64,000 nucleotides of DNA. Source: Cyanophora paradoxa CCMP329 (Eukaryota; Plantae; Glaucophyta). The stretch covers positions 186,001 to 250,000 of the forward strand of contig QPMI01000524.1 of assembly GCA_004431415.1 (NCBI GenBank). The letters are read 5' to 3'. Below the pieces are notes generated by a model. It saw only the letters and a program-made list of their open reading frames with translations. It ran no database searches and was not told the origin of the DNA. The translations under genes were made by a program, and so were the position numbers. Each line of letters begins with the position of its first letter. The first letter of the stretch is position 1. Of the stretch, positions 22,998-34,863 are shown piece by piece.

Positions 22998-23556
22998 ACT
23001 CATTCGCGGGCAATTTAAATTCGCCAGTCCGTGTCACGATCATGCCATGATCATGTGCACTGTGCATCAGGCGCATGCGTTTTGGCCCAGTGCACACCGG
23101 TATGGGCATTGAAATGTGCATGCATGTATACTATAGCGCTAGCGGAAACGGCGGAACCAATGCATAGCCACAGCTGCAGATGCATTTGCACTAGCTGCTG
23201 CAGCTGCAAGCTACAGCTGAGTGTGTGATCATGATCATCATTGCAAATTGAAATTGCATCTTGCAGTGACATTCGATTCAAGCCTGCATTCAAGTGCTAC
23301 GGTGGCCTGCACATGCTTTCAGGATATCGATATCGATAAGGCGCTTGAGCAAGTTATCCCGTATCTTCCGATTCGGCGAATTAAACATCTAGATCTTCAC
23401 ACCGGTACCCATGGCGAAGTCGATCTTGGAAGGAAGCGCGAGCCAGAGTCCGAGAAGTACCGTCATCCTCCGAAATCTGTACATTCGTAATAGTTAATCT
23501 GATGCAAAGCACTTTAAGTTTATTCAGAGAAATGAAGACAAATCACCGAAACGAGC
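22845..23556. repeat. Segmental duplicate of ~30251-31007 (3' end of the F-box gene, spacer, and a truncated copy of the convergent gene)
   Basis: Shared blocks AGCTTGCATGATGAGGG..AAACGGAGAAAGATCTCGGCCTCTTGGAGAAACGGAT and TTTCAGGATATCGATATCGAT..CGCGAGCCAGAGTCCGAGAAGTACCGTCATC..AATCACCGAAACGAGC. Confidence 0.85.
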
Positions 23557-23787
23557 GCCCCGGCTAGCTAGCGCCCCGGCCCGCCGCCATCGCGCCCTTG
23601 CGCCCCGTGCCCCCCGCTGCGGTCCTCCGGCGCCCAGCCCTCAGCACCCTGTGTGCCCAGCAGCCCTCGATATTAGCTAGCGCCCCGCCGCCATCGCGCC
23701 CCTGCGCCCCGTGCCCCCCGCTGCGGTCCTCCAGCGCCCAGCCTGGCAGCCCTCAGCACCCTGTGTGCCCAGCCGCCCTCTATTAGC

Positions 23788-24058
23788 TTTTTTTTTTGGA
23801 AAAGCCCCTGGGGGGCATATCAGTATATTAGTTAACGTTAGGCCAGCCCCGCGTATGTCCCCGCTGGGGGGCCAAAAAAGACGGACTGTGAACATGCTAA
23901 GGTTGCTGTGGAGCTGTGCGAGTACTACGGTGACTGCAGGTTAACGTTGGTGCGGGCCACGAAGGTGCAGATATCGATGCGGGTGGGTGGACTTGAAAGG
24001 GGGAGGTGGTAGCGGTAGTGAGGTAGCAGTATTGAGGGGGGGGCGAAGGGGGGGGGGT
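23788..24058 (-). mobile_element. Probable 5'-truncated non-LTR retroelement 3' end
   Basis: On the minus strand: C-rich tract, GC-rich stem-loop, then TTTTCC + A10. Same terminal architecture as the element ending at 27477. No clear TSD. Confidence 0.4.
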
Positions 24059-24199
24059 AGCTATAGGCCTCAGCTATATATAGGCCTCAGGCCGCGGCGG
24101 GCCGCTGCGAGCGCGGCCTGCCGGCAGGGGCCCGCAGCTATATATAGGCCTCAGGCCGCGGTGGGCCGCTGTGCGCGGGCGCGGCCTGCGGCCTGCCCG

Positions 24200-27100
24200 A
24201 CTTTCCGGTACCCGGAAAGTTCACGACCGCAAGGTCGTCGCGCCGCATAGGCGTCTCTGCTGCTCGTCAGAGCCTCTCCCGATGTCCACTGCATCTCTGG
24301 TGCGTGCCGGACCGCGGCGGTGCCCGCTGCGACGGTCGGCCGACACTTTCCCCAGATTCCCGGCATCGGCTCGCTAGGCGTCAAGCCAGGCGTGCCCGGA
24401 CAGACACCTCGCCCTGCTTCCTCATCGACGAACTCGCGCTCCTCGAGCTCGGACGACATGATGACCGATGGACCGGCCCCGCCGTCGGGACTACCAGCTC
24501 CGATCAACCCGGCGAACTCGTCGGCACAGGCCGGCTACACCGAAGTTGTCCCCTACGGCAAGACAGCCGAGTCCCGACTCCAGTCCTACAATGCGGCACT
24601 GTTCGCTTACAAGGAAGCGTGCAAGCCTTTCATTCCCGGCTGCAACTTCCAGAACCGCGACCCGTCCAAGCGGGAGATCATGCTTCACCTCGAGCAACAG
24701 CTCAAGCTACACGGCCTTGCCAGCAAGGTCGTTGTCACGGAGAACTACCCGGTGTCCAACAACTTCGCCTTCTGCGTGCGGCAGCTCGACGACAAGGCCG
24801 CCGTTTACAAGACGATAGAGGAGCTGCGAGAGCTCGACATTCGGGACCTCAACAATGACCGGTGCACGTGCTCGCACCCGTGCGCGCGCTCACCGCCTCT
24901 CACTCCACCCTTGCTCAGGATTCACTTCGAGTCCACCATTCTCATCGAGGACCGCGAGAACCCGACACTCGCGTTCCACGGCATGCCGCCTCTCTGTACG
25001 CCCTGCCGCGCTGCGGAGCCCTGCGCGCACGTGCCTTACCCTGCTGTCGCCCCTCTCTCGCAGACGGCCGCGGAGAGAAGAAAACGGACAAGCACACGCA
25101 CATCCGCCATGAGGAGTGCAAGGAAAAGGTGGCGGCGTTCATCGTCAACGCCTTCACCTCCGCGAAGCTCCCGCGTCCGGACCCGGTGGAGGTCCAGAAC
25201 GAGATCCTCGGCATCGGATATGAGGCCTCGACTTTCGCGCAAGACCGCCAGGAGCGGCTCAACGCCCGCCCGGTCCTCTTCGCTGCCATGCCTCGCAAGG
25301 TGCGCACCTGATGGCGCCCACACCCCGCGCCCGGTTTCTTAAGCTGACGAGAATCTGCTCGGGCAGTACGCGGACGTGCTCCTGGCAATGTCGAAGGACT
25401 ACGCGATCCTTGAAAGCGAGCACCCGGTCTGCATCCGCGACGTAACGGCGACCGGGGAACAACGGCTCCCGCTCAGCGAGTACCCCAAGGACGCCATCGT
25501 GCTGCTAATGACCGCCCCCAAGGGCCGCCGCCCGGACGGCTCGCTGGTGCGCGCACCGCCCCACGTGCCCGCGCATGCGTGCACCAACGCCGACGCCGGA
25601 CGGGCGCGCCCCCAGGTCGTTCACTTTCTCCGCCACTGCGGCGTGGAGAACATCCACCACTGGGAGATCTTCTACGTCGAATCGACCTCGCAGGCGCCCT
25701 TCGCCCTCCGCCTCGTCCTCCGCAACCCGGACTTCGAGCGCTACGTCAACTCTTCTTTCTTTGCTGCGCACCCGCTGGGCAACTCCCGGCCTCGCTGGCG
25801 CGTCGGCGGCCTCAACACGCTCGACATCCGCTTCCGCCTCATTCCGGCGCCCGCCGGCGAGCCTCTCGGCAACATCTGTACCTCGGTGCGCGCGACGCCC
25901 CGCCGCGTCTATGCGTCGCGAACTCGCGCACACACACTCCGTTACAGGCGTGCTGCATCATGGACGACCCGTACGGCCACCCCTGGGCGAACCGGTGGAA
26001 GTGCCCCAAGGCGCAAGACGACTTCATCAAGAAGACCGCCGACTACGCGGCCGCCAAGGCAGTGCGTGTCTGCGGCGCGCCCGCGGGCTCCGCGGTGGCG
26101 AAAGCGGCCGCCGAAGCGGCTCGGGCGGCCGCCGCGCGCTCCGCCACCGACACCTTCCGGACGGACCTCGCGCGCACGCGCGCCGCCGTCAACACCGACG
26201 CTGATGCCGACAGCGACAACGACGACCGCGCCTCCGTCGTGTCCGCCGCCTCCGTCAGCACCACGAGCAGCGCGGTCCGCCGCTTCAGCCTCCTCGACAT
26301 GCAACGCCCGGTCCACCGGCACCAGTCTCCGTCCGAGGCGAGCCCCGCGCGCCCGCCCATCGCTTTCGGAATGACCGACCCCGCTGCCCGCAGATGCGTC
26401 GCAACGAGCGCCGTGCGGCTGAGCGCGAAGCCGCCGCCGCCGCCGCTGCCGCCGGCACGATGCCGGCCCCGCCAGCCCCGCGCCAACAGACCGGCCGCGA
26501 GAGCAAGCGCCGACTCGCCCAGAAGGCCGCGGAGATCGCCGCCAACAAGGCGGCCAAACGCTACCTCAACCAGGCAGCGTAGCCCCGACGGCGGGAGGCT
26601 CCGGCTCACGGCCGCCCGGAGCTATCGAGCAGCTAGCTCCTTTCCTCTCCTGTGCAGGAGACCCTTTCTCTAGCTATCTTTCCTTTCCTTGGACAATCTT
26701 TTCTTTCAGTCGAATGAACCTTCACGTCTACAACAGTAGATTTCATGGGGCTGTGCCCCTAGCCTGGAACTGATGTTCTCCTCCCCGGGCTCAGCCCCTA
26801 ATGTGAACGCGAAGGCCTTTTTGGAAGTTTTTTGCCTTCGTCCCCTGCAATATAGATAGGCAGAGGGGGGGGGGGGGGGGGGGTTCGGAGTGGGGGGGGG
26901 CGGGGCTAGGACGAGGGTGCGCGCATAGGTAAGGACGCGCCCGCTCAGGACCCCACGGCGGCGACGGGAGCGGGAGGAGGCCAAGCTGGAGGAGACTCGA
27001 ACGCGGCGTCGGCAGGGCCCAGCCGGGCCCGTAAGGCCGAGGTTTAGGAGCTTCGGCTCCCCACGTTCGGCCAGCGACGACCTGCTCCCAACACCCGCCG

Positions 27101-27477
27101 CACCCGTGGACTTGGGCGGCGCGATTCAAGACCCAGCGCAACAATCCTGAACCTACCCTCCCATCTCCCCCTCCCCACCTCCTCTCTCAACTCCCCCCCT
27201 CACGAGCGACCCGCGGCCATGTTTTAGAACCAGCAAGAGGGCATCTAGGACCGTGTAGCTCAGCATGCCTACGCCTCCTACTTGAGGACCGGCGCATATT
27301 ATGTGTTGGGGGCGACCTGTCGGCTACAGCTTCAGCATCAGCTCGACTACGACAACAAGCTATAGAACCGAGCTCGCCCTTTTCCTCAGTGTAGCTTGGC
27401 TTTCCCAGTATCCGGTAGGCGTGGAGCGGGGGACTGCTGTCATGTGTGTACGAATGGAGCAGACTTTCCAAAAAAAA
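24200..27477 (+). mobile_element. 3.28-kb intron-containing, RT-less non-LTR-type insertion (ORF1-only, HAL1-like)
   Basis: Perfect 17-bp TSD GGCCTGCGGCCTGCCCG at 24183-24199 and 27478-27494. A8 tail at 27470-27477 preceded by a stem-loop (CTGCT..AGCAG) and ACTTTCC. 5' hairpin ACTTTCCGG-TAC-CCGGAAAGT. Confidence 0.8.
24282..26582 (+). CDS. Gag/ORF1-like protein of the insertion; at least 7 exons
   Basis: GT-AG introns at 24300-24355, 24862-24918, 24996-25063, 25300-25366, 25547-25615 and 25886-25947, plus a probable one ending at 26393. Several are needed to keep the frame or remove a stop. Knuckle-like CTSACCIMDDPYGHPWANRWKCP, then an Ala/Arg/Lys-rich tail. The ORF1 identity is inferred. 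Confidence 0.65.
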
Positions 27478-28213
27478 GGCCTGCGGCCTGCCCGGCCGCG
27501 CCGGCCGCGGCAGAGGATCATCGGATCATGAGCTAGCTATAGGCTAAGCGCTAGCGCTAGCTGCGCGCCGCGGCCAGCGCCTATATATAGCTACTAGGCT
27601 AGGCCTGCAGCTGCCGGCAGGCCCTAGGGGACCCTCGGAGGGGGTGGGCCTCCCAAATTCCCAATGCGCGCCGCCCTCTATATATAGCTAGCCCCGGCGC
27701 CCCGCGCCGCCGGGTGCCGCCCTACTAGGCTAGCCTATAGCGCTAGCCTATAGCTAGTATACGTAGCTAGCTATATAGCGCCAGCTGCATGCACTGCGGC
27801 ATTTACATGCCCCATATGCATGCGCACTGCGGCATATATATATGCATGCCGCCGGCACCGCCGCGCCGCGCCGCGCCCCCGGCCCTGCAGCCCGTGCCCC
27901 GGCCCGGCCCATCGATGTCATGATCATGATGGTAAGTATACGTATACCACCGCCGGCGGTTTGATTTGTGATTGCTTTGTTGTCCTTAATATCACTACCT
28001 ACGGGGGGTTCGCCCCACGTGCACGTGCGCGCACTGTAGTCTCTCAAAAAAAATCGTCGAGTCGGTTTGACGGTATACGTATACGGTACCCCCAGCGCTT
28101 GCTGAGGCAGCTGAGCAGCTGAGGCAGCTGAGCGACGCTTGATCGTGAGCGACAGCCGTCGCTCGCCGTGTTTTAGCGTTTAGCTAAGCCAGCTTTAGCG
28201 CTTGACCCTCATC

Positions 28214-30046
28214 ATGTTCGCGGGAAAGAAGCGGAAGGCGTCCCTCGACGCCGATAGAAAGCTGGCAGCGCTTCACAAGAGATACAGCAAGCTGGTCTTC
28301 TTCCCCTGGGACCTGGTGCGCACGACCGCCGCCGAGCGAACGCTGCTTACGCCACGGCACGCGCCGCTAGCTACCTGTCGAGGTGCTCTGCATGATTATG
28401 CAGCGGCTTGACGTCCTCAGCGCCTCCCGCTTCCGCCAGTCTTCTCCGGTCATCTGGCGCAGGGTGCGTGCACCTGGGAGCGGCGAGCTGCTGCGGCTCC
28501 TGTTCCTGCGCGGGTGCTCACTCGCCGCCAGCTGCCGCTCGGCGATGGCACCACCGCGGCTCCCTGGCTCCCGACCACGGCGACCATTTCAATTGGCGCC
28601 GACGTGCGCCCCCCGAGCCTGCCGGCCACCGGCACTGTGGTGGCGGACGCCTTCGTTGACTGCATGCACGCCGTGCGAGCGCCGCATCTAGATCTGCCCC
28701 GCCTGCACGCACGGGCGAGCTCATGCGCATCGGCAGGCCTGCGCGATCTTGCTGGAGAACCGGTACTTCGCCCGCGCGGACAGCCTGCGCATCGTCTGGT
28801 GCCGGCCGTCGGCGTCCAAGTGCCCCGAAAGCGGCGACTACCACTGCTCCGACCGGTTGTCCGCCCCGATGCTCGAGTCCCTCAAGCGGCGGCCCAACAA
28901 GATGGTCGACGTGCGATTCACGGCCGCTACGAACTCTCCCCACAAGAGCGGCGGGGCGCGCGTCGGCTACATCTCGGCCACGGTGCCGCTTGGCGGTGCC
29001 TACGTCGACTCCTGCCTACTGTCTTCCTGGCAGCCGGGCTGTGTGAAGAACGTGCGCGCCTGCTTGCCGCCCGCGCTCGGTCCGGCACCCGCAGACGCCG
29101 CGCGCTTAGCTCGACGCCATCGTCGGCTTCATGAACTTCAGCGCCGTCGAGGCCGCCGCCTCCGCATCCGCCGAGGACCCTGCGATTACGACGACGACCG
29201 TGCGGGCCCTCGCGATCGCGGGACAGGGCGCCGTGGCCGGCGAGGCCACGGGACCGTACCGCCAGTGCACGTGGCTCGCCCGCGCGTTCAAAGAACATGT
29301 CGCCGCCGCCGGCCGCCCCTGCCCCTTCCGGGCCCGCTCGTTCTTCTTCGGCGTCCACACTTGGCATCCGGACGACGGTGAAAAACCCCGGAAGGACGCG
29401 ATGCTGCAGCTGATCGAGGACCTCTCCGACGTCCTCGCCTCGCGCATCCTCGTAGCGCGCGGCGCTGACCGCGCCAAACCCGAGCTCCGCCTCTTCCAAC
29501 AACAGACCGACCGCACCCACGCGAAACCGGTCATCAAGGCCGATGCGCCCTTGTCCTTCCTGCGCTTCGGCGCGCGGCTCCTCCAGCGCACCGTGGAAAA
29601 GTTCGACCAGGCCTGCGACCTCAAGTTTGTCTTCGAGGGGTGCGCGCCCCCACCCTGCCCCGCCCCTCCCCACGCTCACAAAAGCACGTCGCGCGCGCAG
29701 TATCGATGTCGGGACGTTGACGGGGTGCAGCGGCCTCTACGATGCGCTCACAGCGCGCACCGGCTTCACGGAGCTCGTCTTCCTTAACTGCGCCATGCGG
29801 ACGGCGACGGCGACTGCGGTGTGGCCTGCCCACGCCAATGGCATGTTTTTGCTCGTGCGATCCGGCATCCTGCGGCCCGAGGCGAGGCTGTACGTCCGCG
29901 CCAAGTGGGATCCATGCTCGGCCGAGGTGCCGGAGTCCCAGACCCCCCTCCTCGTGCCCCTTACCGGCTGCCGGCTCTTGGCCCTGGAGAACATGAGCCC
30001 AAATCTCCTCGAGTTCCGTTGGCCGCGTTCCAAGCATCGCTTCTAA
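28214..30046 (+). CDS. F-box-like protein (multi-exon) with unrecognised C-terminal domains
   Basis: Spliced N-terminus MFAGKKRKA..FFPWDL|VLCMIMQRLDVLSASRFRQSSPVIWRRV (basic NLS-like stretch + F-box pattern). Short GT-AG introns join ORFs 28202, 28383, 28749, 29131 and 29543. Confidence 0.6.
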
Positions 30047-30109
30047 CTAGTAAACAGTATACGTAGGTCATCGATGTCATTGTGCTTTCCGGTCTTTTTT
30101 CGTGCTCTT

Positions 30110-30233
30110 GGCCGAGGTGCCGGAGTCCCAGGCCCCCCTCCTCGTGCCCCTTACCGGCTGCCGGCTCTTGGCCCTTGAGAACATGAGCCCAAATCTCCTC
30201 GAGTTCCCGTGGCCGCGTTCCAAGCATCGCTTC
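30110..30233 (+). repeat. Near-identical duplicate of the last ~124 bp of the upstream gene (29920-30043)
   Basis: GGCCGAGGTGCCGGAGTCCCAG...CAAGCATCGCTTC occurs twice. Confidence 0.9.
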
Positions 30234-30750
30234 AGGAAGTGTGCGGCCGTCCCTCACTCTTACCTTTGGGCTAGAGCTTGCATGATGAGGGCCGAGAGTG
30301 CAGAAAACGGAGAAAGATCTCGGCCTCTTGGAGAAACGGATTGCAGACCCCATCCTTTGATTGGGTATTGTTTAGATTCCACGCTTTGGCAGTGTTCACA
30401 CTTTGATTGCATGTTTGTTTTCTAGATGTACCTGTGAGGATTAGAGTTGAGAGTCAAGCGTTTCTGGCAGAGCTTACAATTGTACTGGCTATAACATTGA
30501 ACTCATTTGTGGACAATTTAGATTCGGTACGTTCCGGTTCCGGTCCAGATCCATGGGCATGCATGAACAATTATAGGGGAAACAGCGGAACCAATTGCAT
30601 GCAAGTATGCATGCATGCATGAATATTATAATTATAGGGGACACAGCGGAACCAATTGCAATGTATAGCAAGCATGTGCAAACAGTTGAAATTGCCATGA
30701 CATTCAATTGCAAGCGCTAGCTATATAGCCTCTAATAAGCTAGTCTGCAT

Positions 30751-31600
30751 TCAACTGCTGCGGTGGCCTGCTTTCAGGATATCGATATCGATGAGGCGCT
30801 TGCGCAAGTTATCCCATATCTTCGGATTCGGCGAATTAAACATCGCCATGCCCAAGGCGAAGTCTTTGAAGGAGGCGCGAGCCAGAGTCCGAGAAGTACC
30901 GTCATCCTTCGAAATCTGTACATTCGTTAGTTATATAATTAATCAAGATCTGATGCAAAGCACTTTAATTCTATTCAGAGGAATGAAGGCGAATCACCGA
31001 AACGAGCAACTCCGAAGGAATCTTGCGAAGGCTGAGCGGGGGATCGGCGTGCACGACGTCGAAATCAACGAGTTTGGTGGCAAAGTACTTCGTCTTCCCG
31101 TCCTGCGTGACTTCGACATCTGCGAGGTAGGCTGCAAGCTGGAACGGCTTATCGTTCATGTTCAGCGGGTCCATCTTGGTTGAAGCATCAAAAACGTCCA
31201 CTGAGATCGGGCAAAAGCTTGGGATATACGTATACTTCGAATTCCCGACCTCTGTGCCCAAGATGTACTTCTCTCCTTTCACAAGGAACAGCTCGCCCCG
31301 TGAGCCAGTGATGCAATATCACAGGTCGATGTGCAATATGCAAACGATGGTGGAGCTGGGGCTATGCGAGCATTGGCCTCCGGGCTGGCGAGACTCTCAA
31401 AGCTTGAACAGTGGAGCTTCGGTGTAGAAGGTTCTTTCCGTGAGGAACTGGACAGCTCCTGCCTGGTGACACTGATAAGCCACCCGGCCCTCAAAAAGCT
31501 CGACCTCAAGCGCCTTCTATATAGCAGACCCTTTGGAAACATCTTCCACGTGTGTAAAACGAAGTCAATATTATTATCCACAATATTAACTCTCCATCAC
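30751..31600 (-). CDS. Hypothetical multi-exon protein; 5' end uncertain; truncated paralogue at ~23290-23556
   Basis: ORF 30971-31282 can be spliced to a last exon ISKDDGTSRTLARASFKDFALGMAMFNSPNPKIWDNLRKRLIDIDILKAGHRSS* ending at 30751. Confidence 0.5.
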
Positions 31601-32589
31601 TGCAGGCAATCGCTCGGGCCAGATCTCTGTTTTATGTGCGTCTGCACATAAAGTTTCCACATACAACATGCATTGAGGACCTCGACGATATTTATGAGCT
31701 GCATGAATCACAGCTGACGTCGAAAAGCTTGCGCAATATTAATTGCAAGCCAGCGGTGAAATTAATCTTTCACATGCATGGAAGCCTGGAGCAGCAAGCA
31801 GCAAACTGCTTTCGTAATTGGTTTGAAATTGATTCTCCGTCGATGTCGCTTTCTGTGAACCTGAAAAGAGTGATTGGAACCTAGTGTACTCGAGCTGGCA
31901 TGCGCATGCATATGCATGCAGGAAGCTCGAGCTCGCGATCGAGCATCCAATAGGAGCGTACCCCCCGGAGCCTAGCCTGCCTAGAGCTGCTATAGCTAGT
32001 TAAAGGCTGGGCACCCTCCCGCCCACTGGGGCAGCCCCGGGGCAGGCACCCTCCCGCCCACTGGGGCAGCCCCCGGGCCCGCCCCAGAGCCTACCGCGCG
32101 GTTGCAGCCGCCCGGCCCCCCCCCCCCCCCTTCCCCCCTCCCCCTGAACTTGGAAGCAATTAACGGCTTGCGCCGAAAAAGAAGGCTGGGCGCGCGATTA
32201 GCATGCGCATGCATATGCAAACTTCCGCCACGTGCAAGCGGAGCGATGCGGAAGCCGGCGCGGAGCCGGCGAAGCGAGGCCGGCGAAGCGAGGTCTTCGG
32301 TCCAGAGCTTGCCGGTACGGGCCACATTCGTTTCGCGATCTTTGAGCTAATTTTGCTTGTAGGAGACGCTTCGAGCGCCCTCTCGAGGCTGCTGGACGTG
32401 ACGTTTACGGAGAGCGGCGACGAAGTGAGGTCCGTGCCGGTCTTGGAAGCGCAAGAGACCGCTACGGAGGCTATACGTGCGCTTTGAACTCTCTCTGACC
32501 GCCCCCGTGATCTGCATACGACGGGCGTTCGCGCAGCACTCCGGCTCGCCGCCGCCGCAGGAGAGAGCGCCCCCCGCGCCTCAGAGCCA

Positions 32590-34366
32590 GTGGAGAACCC
32601 CGCGGAAGATCTCGAGCTCGTGCCGATATCGATCAACTCCATCCCGAACGACTGCCTGCGGCACCTGTTTGAGATGATGGGTCAGCCCGTGAGTTGGCCG
32701 CTACGGAGTGTGTGCCGGTACGCATGCGCGGGCCGCAGCGCTTGGCTCAGCCGGCAAATCCAGATCCACTAACGTATAGGTATGAAGGCAGTGGAACGGC
32801 GTCATCGAAAGCGTACAGTGGAAGGAGGTCCACATACGCATCTCCGGCACAGCGCCTTCCGGATCTCTGGGCTCTTCGCTTGATGCTGAGGCTCAGTCGC
32901 AAGGATGGACGAGAGCGTGCGGAACTGCTGCTGCGCAAGCTGTGGCACGGCTGCTGGACAACAACACACTGAAGGTTTCAGATGCCGCATCCTTGGCGAT
33001 CAGCGCGGAGGCCGCAAGCTCAGCCTGGCTCGTGTCTCAGCGAGTAGCGGCAGCCTGTCACAGGCGTACAGTCGCGTCCATCTGCAAGGTTCTGCGAGCC
33101 AAGAGCCTGGCGAATAAGATGCAGAACCTGACAGTCGAGTTGCGCATGTGCCCAGAGCACCTAGAATGCAACGGAGAAAAAGCTGTCAATGTCTACTTCA
33201 TAGATGAATACGTGCTCAGCATTCTGGACGCTCTCTCAGCTGTCGTCACATTGAAAAGCCTTCATATCATCCTCACATGCACTCAGTTCGCCTCGGCCCA
33301 TCTTCAGCGCCCATGGCTTCCGTGGCCGAAGGCTATTGAACTCGACAGTCGACTGCGGCCATTCAAGGACCTTTCAGCTTTGAGCCTGGTGCTTGCTAAG
33401 ACGAATCCCATGCCGGTGGAGCTCCTCTCCGCTGTGCGGGGATGCTGCCCGCGTATTTGCAGCCTTGTGATTACACCGGATATGAGCAGTGAAGCGATTG
33501 GACCCGCCTTCGATTACATCGCAGCTCTGGAGTGCCTCGAAGACCTGGTCATCGTCATGCCCGATCAAGTGTGGGACGTGACCGACGCGCTAACCAGTCT
33601 CGGCCGGGCAGTGGGCAGGCTACGCCAGCTAACTTTTGCATATCGACCAACTGAAGCGCATGCGAGGTCATTCTTACCACAATGTGTCTGACCACCTTTG
33701 TCTGACCACTTCTAGTTCTGCTGCAGGAGTGGCAAGCTTCAGGCACGCCGTGTCGTACTGTGTGACACATATGGAGTTTATGCATGCAGTGAATACAATT
33801 GCGACTTGGACGGTCTCAAGGCAATCGCAAAGCTCACATCACTGAAGGTCATGAGAGGCATTCGGGTGCGCACACTCACGGTCATGGTGGACCTGTTTGA
33901 AACATATATCGATGTGTACAAACGTGCAGATCGGGCTTGGCATGTCGGATGGACAAGCTGCGATGGACGCTCTGCGGAGGTGCACGCACCTGGAGGCCCT
34001 CTCTCTGCATGTTGCAGGCATCCCCCTGACAGAGAGTTGGGATGAAGATGGAATCGTAGAAATGCTCGTCGAAGCACTGGCTGCACTCCAATCCCTCAAA
34101 TCCCTCAGCTTGCGCTTGTCTGGTGCGCTCGAGTTGTTTATTTATTCATTAGCTTTGCAAAAATGCTTCGCTCGGTCTCACATGCCTGTCTTGCATGCAC
34201 AGATATTGGGCCTCCAGAGAAGGTAGTACGAATTCTTACTTGCGGCCCTGTGCGGCTGGCGACGCGATCGTCGGAATTACTTTTAAAGCGGGACTTGGCC
34301 GACGAGGAGGCCTTAGCCATCAATGCTATCGCTGGTCTTGAATTGTTAAGCATTGAGCACGAGTAA
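32590..34366 (+). CDS. F-box/LRR protein (multi-exon), both ends uncertain
   Basis: F-box ISINSIPNDCLRHLFEMM..PLRSVCR. LRRs LKSLHII, LSALSLVL, CPRICSLVI, LECLEDLVI, LTSLKVM, CTHLEALSL, LQSLKSLSL. Confidence 0.75.
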
Positions 34367-34863
34367 GCCGTACCCGATGTGTCACCAGAGTCAGTTTAGT
34401 ACAATTGTTTAGTGCAATGTTGTGGTAAGAGTGACTCGAGAATTCGATTCGGGCCAGCTGCAGATGACAGCTGCAGTGAGGTTGTTCTTTATTTGTTTTT
34501 TGCAAAAAAGAGTTCCGCTGCGCTGAAAATCCAATTGCAAGTACGCTGCGCTGAAAACTGCATGCGCATGCGCAGCTGGATGTTCATGCGCTTGCTTAGC
34601 TGACATTCGGAGCACTTACGGTTGCGGCGGTACCGGCTGGATCACCGGTAGTTGCAGGCGGATATCGTTGCAGTAAAAATGCAGCCCGCGATGCAGCCCA
34701 AGGGCTGGATGGGTGCTTTGATGCGTATCAGTAGTATACCGCTGAAATTGTGGAACACTCTCCAGACTTCAAGTGCGCATCGCTTCCCGTGCTCCGTGAC
34801 AAATGTTAATGCCAGTGTACCTGTGCAGAGAGCGACGACGACTCACGAGATCCGCTCGAGCAA

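Noticed and set aside
23788-27477. T10-GGAAA / TTTCC-A8 as terminal inverted repeats of one element
   Set aside because: The 17-bp TSD defines the element as 24200-27477; the left T-run is better read as the tail of a separate opposite-strand insertion.
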